DNA of 64,000 nt from an uncultured Gammaproteobacteria bacterium (GTDB taxonomy: Bacteria; Pseudomonadota; Gammaproteobacteria; GCA-001735895): contig CALJYH010000015.1 in NCBI GenBank assembly GCA_937984095.1, positions 7,065-71,064 of the forward strand, written 5' to 3'. The notes under the pieces were generated by a model that worked only from the letters and a program-made list of their open reading frames with translations, made no database searches and was not told where the DNA came from. Shown one piece after another: positions 9,769-19,322 of the stretch. The translations under genes and the position numbers were made by a program. How positions within the stretch are numbered: the first letter of the stretch is position 1; each line of letters opens with the position of its first letter.

Positions 9769-11072
9769 GACGCACTCCTTTCGATCAACATCGCGCCGCC
9801 CTGACCGCCACCGATGCATAAAGATGCAACGCCGGTGCTCGCATTTTTCTGTTCCAGTACTTTTGCCAGGTGCAGCACGATACGGGCGCCACTGGCACCT
9901 ACCGGATGACCCAGGCTAACGCCGCCGCCGTGGATATTCAGGCGCTCAGGGGGAATTTCACCGACTGCAGAGCGCAAACCCAGTTGCTGTTTGCAGTAAT
10001 CCTTGTCATTCAGGGCAGCCAGTACCGCGAGCACCTGGGCGGCAAATGCCTCGTTGATTTCCCAGTAATCGATATCGCCAACCTTGAGGCGTTGTGACTT
10101 CAACAACGGTGCAATCGCATGCGCCGGCCCCAGACCCATTTCTGCAGGACTAAGTGCGGCCCATTCGGTACTGACCAGCCTGGCGAGAATCGGTAAATCG
10201 TACTTCTTGACCGCAGCTTCACTGGCCAGAACCAAAGCAGCGGCACCATCGGTAATCTGTGCGCTGTTACCCGGGGTCACAAGTCCATAGGGTTTATCGA
10301 AAGCAGGGCGCAATCTGCCGAGTTTTTCCAGGGTTGAGTCTGGTCTTACACCGTCGTCAAGATCGTAAACTTTGCCGCGCGAGTCGAAAATAGGTACGAC
10401 TTCGGATAGTTCGTTATCCTGCTGTGCCTGGTGCAGTTTTAAATGGCTTTCCAGCGCAAATTGATCCATCTGCGCGCGCGTAATGCCAAACCGATAGGCG
10501 ATCTGTTCGGCAGTCTGACCCATATTCAGGCCGACGACCGGGTCGGTTAAACCTTTCAACAGCGCAATAACTGGCGCCAGCAGGCGTGGGCTGAATCTTC
10601 CCAAAACCTTGAATTTCTGGCCGATCGATTTTGCTCCCCACCAGTCGGCCAGCCAGTTCACCATTTTCGGGTGAAACAGCAATGGCGCCTGGCTCATCGC
10701 CTCGATGCCACCGGCCAGAACCAGGTCAGAGCGTCCCGAGGCGATCGACATTGCAGCATTATCGAGCGCCTGCATGCCCGATGCGCAATTTCGGTGCACC
10801 GTGTAAGCGGGAACCTGGTCACCACATCCGAGTCGTAACGCGACGATACGCGCAATATTGGCTTCATCCGGACCCGGCATCGTAGAGCCGAATATCACCT
10901 CGTCGAACTCGGTAGCCGCAAACGGCATGCGCAGTAGTAATGACCTGGCGGCATAAATACCGAGGTCTGTGTGTTTGAATGGTCCCGGCCTTCCACGTGC
11001 TTTCAGGAACGGCGTGCGATTACCGTCAACCAGGTATACGGGTTTTGAATATTTCTTGTTGGTAGCTGCCAT
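9765..11072 (-). CDS. fadI: 3-ketoacyl-CoA thiolase, FadI-like
   Basis: Thiolase family with active-site region NCASGMQAL and C-terminal GGGQGGAMLIE. 435 aa, the FadI size, with a FadI-like internal segment (NMGQTAEQIAYRFGITRAQMDQFA). Confidence 0.9.
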   Translation of the reverse strand: MAATNKKYSKPVYLVDGNRTPFLKARGRPGPFKHTDLGIYAARSLLLRMPFAATEFDEVIFGSTMPGPDEANIARIVALRLGCGDQVPAYTVHRNCASGMQALDNAAMSIASGRSDLVLAGGIEAMSQAPLLFHPKMVNWLADWWGAKSIGQKFKVLGRFSPRLLAPVIALLKGLTDPVVGLNMGQTAEQIAYRFGITRAQMDQFALESHLKLHQAQQDNELSEVVPIFDSRGKVYDLDDGVRPDSTLEKLGRLRPAFDKPYGLVTPGNSAQITDGAAALVLASEAAVKKYDLPILARLVSTEWAALSPAEMGLGPAHAIAPLLKSQRLKVGDIDYWEINEAFAAQVLAVLAALNDKDYCKQQLGLRSAVGEIPPERLNIHGGGVSLGHPVGASGARIVLHLAKVLEQKNASTGVASLCIGGGQGGAMLIERSAS

Positions 11073-11282
11073 TTGTTGTCTCGGCTTGGCGAATGGTAAG
11101 TCTATATCTTAAGGTGAGGATCATAAACCATGATTTAACCTAGTAAATTGAAACTATTGACCGCTATAAATGCCGAAGACCCATACAGTGCCGTTCTGCC
11201 GGCATCCTGTTTAGTGCGCATAATGTATATTATGTAAAGTTGAAAATATGTCTGACTAATACAACCCCCACTTTCTGGTTAG

Positions 11283-11336
11283 CGTGTGACCTACGCGCAC
11301 GAGTATTCGTTTTTAAACCGAACAAACCAGAAACCG
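11283..11336. repeat. Degenerate copy of the 3'-terminal ~35 nt of the adjacent dimethylglycine-dehydrogenase-like gene
   Basis: CGCGCAcgAGTATTCgTTTTTaaacCGAACAAA here matches CGCGCAaAGTATTCaTTTTTtggatCGAACAAA at 11500-11535. The second copy encodes the C-terminus …PKNEYLRG* on the minus strand. Confidence 0.5.
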
Positions 11337-11493
11337 TCTTTATAATTATTGAATTCCCAAAGTCGTTTATTTGTGCTTAATCAGAACGGTAAATATATTT
11401 AAATTCAAAAGCTTACGACAACTACCTAATATATTTATTTAACTTCCCTGCAATCCAATCCATAGTTAAAAATCTTGTAGCACTTTATTATCT

Positions 11494-13911
11494 CTACCCG
11501 CGCAAGTATTCATTTTTTGGATCGAACAAAGGTGCTGAATATAGCCTTGCCGGAATCAACTCACCGAGGATTTCAATTTCAACCTCGCGACCCTCTTCGA
11601 CCAGCGCCACGGGCAGAAATCCAAATGCGATACTTTTTTGCGTGAAATGTGAATAACCGCCTGATGTGACATAGCCCACCACTTCATCGTCATGCCAGAT
11701 TGGCTCCCAGGCAACCGCGTCGGCATCTTTTGCATCCACCACGAAAGTACACAACCGACGCGCTGCCCCTTTATCACGCTCGGCACACGCGGCGGCCTTG
11801 CCGATATAATCAGCGTCCTTGTCGTAGTCGACGAAGCGATCGAGTCCAGTTTCCAGCGGTGTATAATCTGGCTTGAATTCACGCATCCAGGAGCCGAACG
11901 ACTTGTCCAGTCTCAAGCTCATCATCGCGCGCATACCGAATGGCCTCAACCCCAGGTCTGCACCCGCCTGCGTCAGAACCCGGTACAACGCTACTTGCTG
12001 CTGCCATGTCACGTAGAGCTCGTAACCGCGGTCACCGGTGTAACTAACCCTTTGCACGATAGCCTGGCACTGACCGACATCGATCTCGCGTATCGACAGG
12101 AATGGCATGGCCGCGGTGGATACGTCGCTACGGGTTACACGACCGAGTAACTCCTGTGCCCTTGGGCCTGCTATTTGAAAGCCGATACGCAGCTTGGAAA
12201 CATTTTTCAGGCACACACCCTTTTCTGGTAAATGCTGCTCGAACCAGCGCATATGGTATGCCTGCGCACCAAATGATGCAGTCACCTGGAATACGTCATC
12301 ACCCAGGCGTCCTATCGTAAAATCACCGATAATCTTGCCCCCCGGGCTTAACATCGGATTCAGGCTGATTCGACCGACAGCCGGAATTTTGCCGGCCATG
12401 ATGGTATCGAGATACTGGTGCGCGCCCGGGCCGCTGACTTCATATTTGCCGAAATTATGGACCTCGTTAATACCGACCCCAGCACGCACCGCTCGACACT
12501 CTTCACCCACGGTCTCGAAGGCATTAGAACGCCGAAAGCTTGGTATTTCGTAAGGCTCTTCCCCTGCCGGGGCAAAATAATTGACATGCTCCATGCCGTA
12601 AGCCGCGCCAAACACGGCATTTTGCTGCTGCCAGATACCGTAGGCGGGCGTGGTGTCGAGTGGTCTTGCCGCGGGTAGCTCTTCATTCGGATACGACACG
12701 GTAAAGCGGCGTTGATAATTCTCGGTAACCTTTAAACGGGTATACGAGGGGTTGCAGTAATCGCCAAAACGTGCGACATCCATCGCGAACACATCACGCG
12801 AAGGTTCCCCCTCGATCATCCATTCGGCGAGCGTTAAACCAACACCCCCACCCTGGCTGAAACCGGCCATGACCGCGCAGGCAGACCAGTAGTTGCGCAA
12901 ACCCGGCACCGGGCCTACCAGTGGGTTGCCATCCGGTGCAAAAGTAAAAGGACCGTTGATGATGGTCTTGATGCCGGCCTCTGCCAACACCGGGTAGCGC
13001 GTGAAAGCAAATTCCATCGAATCGCCAATGCGATCTAGATTTTCAGTCAGTAACTCGTGACCGAAATCCGAGCGTGTGCCGTCAACAGCCCACGGAACAC
13101 AATTCTGCTCGTAAAAACCTATCACCAGTCCCTTCCCTTCCTGGCGCAGATAACTCTCCCCTTCCGGGTCCATTACATGCGGTAATTCCGCGTTGCGTTC
13201 AAACACTTCGGGGATGTCGTCGGTCGCAAAATACTGGTGTTCCATTGGATGCAGCGGCAGGTAAACGCCTGCCATGGCACCGACTTCGCGCGCCCAAAGG
13301 CCGGCTGCATTGACCAGTTGCTCGGCCACGACCGTGCCCTGCTCGGTCACCACTTCCCAACTTCCGTCGGCGCGGGGATTGGTCTCGAGCACAGGATTGC
13401 GCAGCATGATTTCGGCACCCTGCATCTGGGCTGCTTTGGCGTAGGCATGGGTCGTTCCCGAGGGATCGAGATGTCCATCCAGCGGATCGTAAAGCGCTCC
13501 GAGCACGCCTTCGGTGTTGGTAATGGGGCTAAGCTTGCGAATCTCCTCGGGCGTTACCAGTTCGGTATCGAGGCCCATGTGCCGATGCATCGCGCGCGCA
13601 GATTTCAGAAAATCGAGGCGCTCGGGAGATTCCGCCAGGGTAAGACCGCCGACGTGGTGCAAACTGCAGGACTGACCGGTAATCTCCTCGAGTTCACGGT
13701 AGAGGCGAATTGTGTATCCCTGCAAGGCGGCCATATTGGTATCGGCGTTAAGTGTATGAAATCCACCCGCGGCATGCCAGGTAGAGCCCGAGGTCAGCTC
13801 TGAACGCTCGATCAGGACGATGTCTTTCCAGCCGAGCCTGGTTAAATGGTAGATAACGCTGCAACCGACGACACCGCCGCCAATAACAACAACCTGAGCA
13901 TGAGAACGCAT
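11494..13911 (-). CDS. Dimethylglycine/sarcosine dehydrogenase family protein (FAD DAO domain plus GcvT-like folate-binding domain)
   Basis: N-terminal GxGxxG (VVVIGGGVVGCSVIYHL) DAO domain and a C-terminal aminomethyltransferase-like domain. 805 aa, typical of DMGDH/SARDH. Confidence 0.85.
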   Translation of the reverse strand: MRSHAQVVVIGGGVVGCSVIYHLTRLGWKDIVLIERSELTSGSTWHAAGGFHTLNADTNMAALQGYTIRLYRELEEITGQSCSLHHVGGLTLAESPERLDFLKSARAMHRHMGLDTELVTPEEIRKLSPITNTEGVLGALYDPLDGHLDPSGTTHAYAKAAQMQGAEIMLRNPVLETNPRADGSWEVVTEQGTVVAEQLVNAAGLWAREVGAMAGVYLPLHPMEHQYFATDDIPEVFERNAELPHVMDPEGESYLRQEGKGLVIGFYEQNCVPWAVDGTRSDFGHELLTENLDRIGDSMEFAFTRYPVLAEAGIKTIINGPFTFAPDGNPLVGPVPGLRNYWSACAVMAGFSQGGGVGLTLAEWMIEGEPSRDVFAMDVARFGDYCNPSYTRLKVTENYQRRFTVSYPNEELPAARPLDTTPAYGIWQQQNAVFGAAYGMEHVNYFAPAGEEPYEIPSFRRSNAFETVGEECRAVRAGVGINEVHNFGKYEVSGPGAHQYLDTIMAGKIPAVGRISLNPMLSPGGKIIGDFTIGRLGDDVFQVTASFGAQAYHMRWFEQHLPEKGVCLKNVSKLRIGFQIAGPRAQELLGRVTRSDVSTAAMPFLSIREIDVGQCQAIVQRVSYTGDRGYELYVTWQQQVALYRVLTQAGADLGLRPFGMRAMMSLRLDKSFGSWMREFKPDYTPLETGLDRFVDYDKDADYIGKAAACAERDKGAARRLCTFVVDAKDADAVAWEPIWHDDEVVGYVTSGGYSHFTQKSIAFGFLPVALVEEGREVEIEILGELIPARLYSAPLFDPKNEYLRG

Positions 13912-13916
13912 CGTAA

Positions 13917-15224
13917 TTACCCTAAAACTGAAAAACTACTGTCCTGGTTAACTTCACGCAGGCGCGAATAAAAACCACTCGAAACCGAGCGATCGATGTA
14001 TTTCAGATGAAAATCGATCGGGTTATTGTCCTGGTTGTTTCCGTTCTGCGTGGCCTCGATGATGTCGGCCATCATTTCACCGGCAATCGGTGCATTCTTG
14101 AACTGATTGCCGCTGGTGCCTATTGCCATGTAAAACCCGGGCAGATCAGACTGGTCATAAATTGGAATCCAGTCATCGGTAACATCATACAAGTCCACCA
14201 CGCCACGCATCTGGTTGGGCACGCCCAGGTTCGGCACGCGCTGACAGACACGTAACACCTGCACCCGCCACTGCTCGGTAAAATCGTGGTTGTAATCGTC
14301 TGGGTCGACCCACTCGTGCTTGTCGACGGGCGGATCCTCGCTGCCAATCAGCAGGGCGTCCCCCTGCTCTGGCCTGGTGTACACCCCGATATCGCTATCC
14401 GAGGTAACACAGGCGCTTTCACTAACATAGCCGTCAGGTAGCGGCACATGGGCGACTTCCTGGCGTAACGCGCGGGTCTTGACCTTCATCTGTTTTTCGA
14501 CGTCGGCCATCTGGTTGATTTTGGATGAATGCGGCCCGGCTGCATTGAGCACCACCGGCGCATCGAAAATCTCGCCACTGGTGAGCATGACACCACCGAC
14601 CTGGCCGCCCTGCTTGCGGATCTCGGAGACTTCGGCGTTATATTTAAAGGATCCACCGACGGCCTCTGCGGCGCGCATAATGTTATGTGTCGCCAGTTGA
14701 GGATCGGAAATATAACCGGCTGCATGAAACAATACTGCCCCTGGTAATGGCTCCTGGTTGGCAACACCAAAGTCTGGATCCTCTGGCCTTTTTACCGGAT
14801 AGAAAGATTCCATGTTCCAGACAGGTAATTTTTGCGTCAGCTGTTGCGGCGTAAACTCGCTGTAGGGTGAATCGAGTTCGTCCATTAACGCCATCGTCGG
14901 GCGGCAATAGTCGTTGAGCTCGGTTTTCATGACCATCGAACCGACGTTGTGGTATTCGATCAGGCCACGTTCATCGACATCCTCAGCGCCAAGATATTGC
15001 GCCCAGTTCTTCCAGTAGAAATGCGATTCGTAGGCCATTGCCGAACCGTCCAGGGTTGAATAGTAAGGCCGAATAATCGCGCAGGAACCTGAAGTCGAGC
15101 CATAACCTGCTGCCGGCAGGCGATCCAGGTTGAGTACCTTCCAGCCCTTGCGTGCGAGCGCCAGAGAAGTGGCACAGCCGATGATGCCGGCGCCGATAAT
15201 GATTGCATCGTAAGATTTTGACAT
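13917..15224 (-). CDS. FAD-dependent oxidoreductase (DAO superfamily)
   Basis: N-terminal DAIIIGAGIIGCATSLALARKG Rossmann motif. 435 aa. 5-nt spacing to the downstream DMGDH gene suggests one operon. Confidence 0.7.
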   Translation of the reverse strand: MSKSYDAIIIGAGIIGCATSLALARKGWKVLNLDRLPAAGYGSTSGSCAIIRPYYSTLDGSAMAYESHFYWKNWAQYLGAEDVDERGLIEYHNVGSMVMKTELNDYCRPTMALMDELDSPYSEFTPQQLTQKLPVWNMESFYPVKRPEDPDFGVANQEPLPGAVLFHAAGYISDPQLATHNIMRAAEAVGGSFKYNAEVSEIRKQGGQVGGVMLTSGEIFDAPVVLNAAGPHSSKINQMADVEKQMKVKTRALRQEVAHVPLPDGYVSESACVTSDSDIGVYTRPEQGDALLIGSEDPPVDKHEWVDPDDYNHDFTEQWRVQVLRVCQRVPNLGVPNQMRGVVDLYDVTDDWIPIYDQSDLPGFYMAIGTSGNQFKNAPIAGEMMADIIEATQNGNNQDNNPIDFHLKYIDRSVSSGFYSRLREVNQDSSFSVLG

Positions 15225-15266
15225 AACGTTAATCCTTTATTGGATTACTTAATTTCCCCTGTTTAT

Positions 15267-16787
15267 TCATCGCGCAAGCTCCACTTCGCGTCGACGCTCG
15301 TTGGCATATTGTTCCAACGACTCGCGTATCGAGCCGTCTATTTCGGGCTCCTGGTAGTCCCTGAGGGCCTGACGATAAACCTTGTTAGCGCGCTGAAAAG
15401 CCGTTTGCTCACCGTTTTCGACCCAGGTCTCGAAGTTGCTCCAGTCCGACACAATCGGCTCGTAAAACGCGGTGGTGTAGTTCGCTATGGTATGAGAAGT
15501 TCCGAAAAAGTGACCCCCGTGTCCGGCCTCGGTGATGGCTTCCAGCGCCAGGCTCGACTCGTCAACCTGTAGCGGTTTCAGGGTCTCTGCCATCATTTGC
15601 AGCATATCGATATCGATAATAAATTTTTCGAACGACGCGCACAGCCCGCCCTCGAGCCATCCCGCGGCATGCTTGATAATCTGGGCGTGCCCCATGACCG
15701 CACCCCAGAGCGACATCTGTGACTCCCAGGCCGCCTGGGCATCGACGCAATTCGAAGCATTGGTATTGGACGAACGAAATGGCAGGTTATAACGTCGCGC
15801 CAGCTGACCGCTTGCCCACGCGGCGCGGGTGTATTCGGGGGTACCGAATGCCGGCGCACCGCTGCGCATGTCGGCATTTGAGGTAAAGCCACCATAGACC
15901 ATGGGCGCACCGGGATTGACGATTTGTGACAACGCGATTACGCCTAGCGCTTCGGCATTTTGTTGCGCCAACGCACCCGCGATAGTAATTGGACACATGG
16001 CGCCGGACAGCGTAAACGGCGTCACGATTGTTGGTTGCCCGTTCTCGGCCATTTCAATCAAACCATCGAGCATGGGACCGTCAACCCGTAACGGAGAATT
16101 GGTATTGACGACGGTGATAATGCTGGGCTCGGATTTCATGGTTTCGCGATCAACACCGCGCGCGATTGCAGTCATCTCGATGCCGTCGTTGACACGCCCT
16201 CCCCCGAGGCAGTACAGCGAGAATGAGCGATCGGTCAGGGTCAGCGCGGCCAGCGTCGCGTCGAGATGGCGGGTTTCGGGATGGATATCGATCGGTTCGA
16301 CCGGGTAACCGCTAAAAAAGTCGATCACGTCGTAACTGTGCCCGAGTCGCAGAAAGTTGCAATAATCTTCGAAGTTCCCGGTACGGCGCCCTCCTTCCAG
16401 GTCGGAACTATTGGGCGCACTGGCGACGGTGGTAAAATTCACCGCGTTTCTGCCGATCAGGCGGGTTCGCTCGGGATTAGGTGCATGCAGGGTGAACTCG
16501 GACGGTACCGTGGCAAGACGCTGCATCAATCTGTCACGATCGAGGTATACGCGCTGTAAATCCCAGTCGACACGGGCACCATCCTGCTCGTAAAGCGCAA
16601 GCGCAGATTCATTCAAAACCTCGAGCCCGATTTCTTCGAGAATACGCATTGAACCATCGTGAATCAGATCGAGCGCCGTTTGATCAAGTGCCTCGATCGG
16701 CTGATAGGGATTAAATAATTGCTCGACCTTTGGCTTGACCAACTGATCCGGCGTGACACTGCGTTTACGGGCTCTTCTGCGGGTCAT
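15267..16787 (-). CDS. MttB-superfamily (trimethylamine methyltransferase family) protein, non-pyrrolysine type; putative quaternary-amine (glycine betaine-type) methyltransferase
   Basis: ALDLIHDGSMRILEEIGLEVLNESALALYEQDGARVD matches the N-terminal hallmark of PF06253. No in-frame amber codon. Start taken at ATG 16787, preceded by AAGGAG. The track ORF extends to 16847. Confidence 0.75.
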   Translation of the reverse strand: MTRRRARKRSVTPDQLVKPKVEQLFNPYQPIEALDQTALDLIHDGSMRILEEIGLEVLNESALALYEQDGARVDWDLQRVYLDRDRLMQRLATVPSEFTLHAPNPERTRLIGRNAVNFTTVASAPNSSDLEGGRRTGNFEDYCNFLRLGHSYDVIDFFSGYPVEPIDIHPETRHLDATLAALTLTDRSFSLYCLGGGRVNDGIEMTAIARGVDRETMKSEPSIITVVNTNSPLRVDGPMLDGLIEMAENGQPTIVTPFTLSGAMCPITIAGALAQQNAEALGVIALSQIVNPGAPMVYGGFTSNADMRSGAPAFGTPEYTRAAWASGQLARRYNLPFRSSNTNASNCVDAQAAWESQMSLWGAVMGHAQIIKHAAGWLEGGLCASFEKFIIDIDMLQMMAETLKPLQVDESSLALEAITEAGHGGHFFGTSHTIANYTTAFYEPIVSDWSNFETWVENGEQTAFQRANKVYRQALRDYQEPEIDGSIRESLEQYANERRREVELAR

Positions 16788-16966
16788 TGAGGGCTCCTTT
16801 GATACAGCAGACGATAGTATTTGAGAAATACAGAGCAGTCTAGCCATGACAAGCAGGTTATTTACAAGCAGCTTCGCCTGTGTCGGTAAGCAGGATCGAA
16901 CGTTAACCAGGAAACTTGCTGAAACCTTACCGGCTGCGTTAAATAGCGGCTATGAGTCCTGGAGCA

Positions 16967-17812
16967 CTAGATGAGACGGGGGTATCCTGAATTTATCGCA
17001 AAAGTCTCCAGATCGACTATCGGCTGGTAGTCCTCTAGCGCCACTGGCTCGAACCTGAGCAGGTGAAGCCTGTTGCGAATCGTTTCAGGGATAACAGTAA
17101 GCGCCTGATTCAGATTGTTCACCAGCAGCTCCAAATCGGCATCGGGAATACTTGATATCGGGAGCACCAAAGGCAGACCACATGTCTTTACGCTGAAGCC
17201 AATGCTACGTACCTGTTCAACTAGTTCCGGCCAGTGATCCTGGATGAGCTGGTAGCTGACACAATCTATGGCAGCGACATCCGCGGTCCCGTCAGCCACC
17301 GCCTCCAGGCTATGCAGATGACCACCGGTTTGAACTACCCTGGAAAAGAATGGACCCGAGGGATGGTACTTTGCAATCGCATACCTGAGTACATTCATCC
17401 CGCTATTTGAATCCTCGGCATTCATTGCAGCAACTTTTCCCCGGCACTCGTCAAGCGTCTCGATAGTCGAGGTCGCGGCAACGATAAAACGACTTGAATA
17501 CAGTTTGCCATCGGTTCCAGGCACCTCAAACACCGGCACGCAAAACGGAGTTACCTGGTCTTTTAAATGCTTCATCAACGGGTAGCCACAGGTATGTCCG
17601 AAGAATAATCCCGGATCTCGCAGCAGGGACTGGCTCGAATCAAAGCGCAACCCGATCGCTTGATTGCTGCTGGAATCAAGCAGTTCAAAAAATGACATGA
17701 ACAGCTGTTGCCACGCCCCTGCGAGGTCGTCGCTAAATGCATACATGCCACAGGCGATAAATTTTTTCTTTTCATTGCTCACGGAATACAAAATAACCGG
17801 CAACAAAGACAA
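16967..17812 (-). CDS. PhnD/SsuA-like (phosphonate-binding-protein fold) protein without a signal peptide
   Basis: AMNAEDSNSGMNVLR and VQTGGHLHSLEAVADGTADVAAID resemble PhnD-family substrate-binding motifs. No N-terminal signal sequence, so it is probably cytoplasmic. Confidence 0.45.
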   Translation of the reverse strand: MSLLPVILYSVSNEKKKFIACGMYAFSDDLAGAWQQLFMSFFELLDSSSNQAIGLRFDSSQSLLRDPGLFFGHTCGYPLMKHLKDQVTPFCVPVFEVPGTDGKLYSSRFIVAATSTIETLDECRGKVAAMNAEDSNSGMNVLRYAIAKYHPSGPFFSRVVQTGGHLHSLEAVADGTADVAAIDCVSYQLIQDHWPELVEQVRSIGFSVKTCGLPLVLPISSIPDADLELLVNNLNQALTVIPETIRNRLHLLRFEPVALEDYQPIVDLETFAINSGYPRLI

Positions 17813-17980
17813 ACTCCAGTCCGATTTGGCTTTCTCCCACTGCTATAGATCGGAGGAGCCGTGTATTTGTCACCCTGACAATTATCGAAAATTCAGACTC
17901 AAGTTGATGCAACATCGGCCGATATGGCTGCCATACATTATATTTGTCCAAATAATCTGAATTTTCACAGGAATATACAG

Positions 17981-19228
17981 ATGCAAAATAATATGGCGAC
18001 ACTCGACCATTCGGTTTTGAAACGTATCAGAAACCTGGCGCTATTCAACGACAAGCAGCTCAACAGCCTGGCAGCCAGACTAGAACCAAAAACGGCCACA
18101 CCAAAGCAGCGCATAATCGGCCTGGGTGATTTGGGTGACTACAGCCTGTACCTGTTGAGCGGCGAAGCCGTCAGCCGCGACGGCGAGGGAAACGAACGCA
18201 AGGTTGATGCAGAAAGCGACGATAACTTGCAGCCGATCGCGCATATCCGACCGAGTCTCTATGAAGTCGAGACACTTTCACCAGCGAAATACCTGGAAAT
18301 CCCCAACGACCTGTTGACCGAGTTGTCTTTGATTGAGGAGCCGGAATCTACCGAAATGGAAGTTGAAATAATTGAGCAATCAGAAGCAGCCAATCAACTT
18401 ACCGTCAGTCTCTGTATGGATATCAGCAGCGGCAGTATTTCACTACCGACATTGCCGGATATTGTGCAAAAGATTCAAAAGGTATTTGCCGACGACAATT
18501 ACGATGTAGCCAAGGTCACCGGGCTTATCCAGTCTGATCCTTCAATAACTGCCAAGTTACTGAAAACGGCCAACAGTGCATTATATCGCGGCAGCGAGCC
18601 TATCGAGACCCTGCAACAAGCGGTCGTACGCATGGGTATGGATGTAATTAAAAAACAGATCATGATTTACGCGGCCTCTGAATTGTTCCAGTCCAAATCA
18701 AACAGTATGCAAAATCGCATGCAGTCGTTGTGGAAAAACTGTCGCAAACTTTCGGCTTTCAGCCGAGTGCTTGCCAGCAGGTCGGGACGCTTCGATCCTG
18801 AAATGGCTCAGATGGCAGGATTGATAAGCGACCTGGGGATAATCGCGATACTGGATTACGCGCAGTCGCACAGCGATCTTTATGGCGATGATGATGCGCT
18901 CGATCAAACCATTCGTTCACTGCATTCCCAGATCAACGGAATGTTGCTCTACCAATGGAGCCTGGGTGATGAAATCGTTACCGTTGGGGAAGAATCTCGT
19001 AAATGGTTTCGCAACCATCGTGACGAAGCCGACCTGTGTGATCTGGTGCTGGTAGCTCGCTACTACAGTCTCCTCGGAACAGCTTCAGAAAAATCTCTGC
19101 CGGCGCTTTCAAAAATGCCGGCTTTCCTGAAATTGCAGCTAGAATTCAGTGCAGAAGAAAGTGAAAGCTTTATCGAAGAATCCAAGGCTGAAGTCGCGGC
19201 GGTCGAAAGCATGCTTGGATCGATTTAA
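17981..19228 (+). CDS. Signalling protein: cNMP-binding-like N-domain fused to an HDOD domain
   Basis: C-terminal HDOD hallmark LPTLPDIVQKI…IQSDPSITAKLLKTANSALYRG…GLISDLGIIAI. The N-terminal ~120 aa has a CAP-effector-like pattern (IIGLGDLGDYSLYLLSGEAV). Start chosen at ATG 17981 after an AGGAA box. The track ORF begins at 17924. Confidence 0.7.
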   Translation: MQNNMATLDHSVLKRIRNLALFNDKQLNSLAARLEPKTATPKQRIIGLGDLGDYSLYLLSGEAVSRDGEGNERKVDAESDDNLQPIAHIRPSLYEVETLSPAKYLEIPNDLLTELSLIEEPESTEMEVEIIEQSEAANQLTVSLCMDISSGSISLPTLPDIVQKIQKVFADDNYDVAKVTGLIQSDPSITAKLLKTANSALYRGSEPIETLQQAVVRMGMDVIKKQIMIYAASELFQSKSNSMQNRMQSLWKNCRKLSAFSRVLASRSGRFDPEMAQMAGLISDLGIIAILDYAQSHSDLYGDDDALDQTIRSLHSQINGMLLYQWSLGDEIVTVGEESRKWFRNHRDEADLCDLVLVARYYSLLGTASEKSLPALSKMPAFLKLQLEFSAEESESFIEESKAEVAAVESMLGSI

Positions 19229-19322
19229 AAGAGTCGTTTTTACAACACCAGTGTAATGCCCTGGTAAGGTGTCGAGTTGCTCTGCTGCACTATTCGATAT
19301 TTTGGTTCAAATGAAATAAAGG

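Noticed and set aside
13237-13803. 188-aa ORF antisense within the DMGDH-like gene, and similar antisense or shadow ORFs (for example 35916-36467, 42892-43380, 55177-55719, 60470-60976)
   Set aside because: Each is fully embedded in a well-supported gene on the opposite strand, and their compositions (Arg/Gly/His-rich, no motifs) are typical of GC-rich shadow frames.
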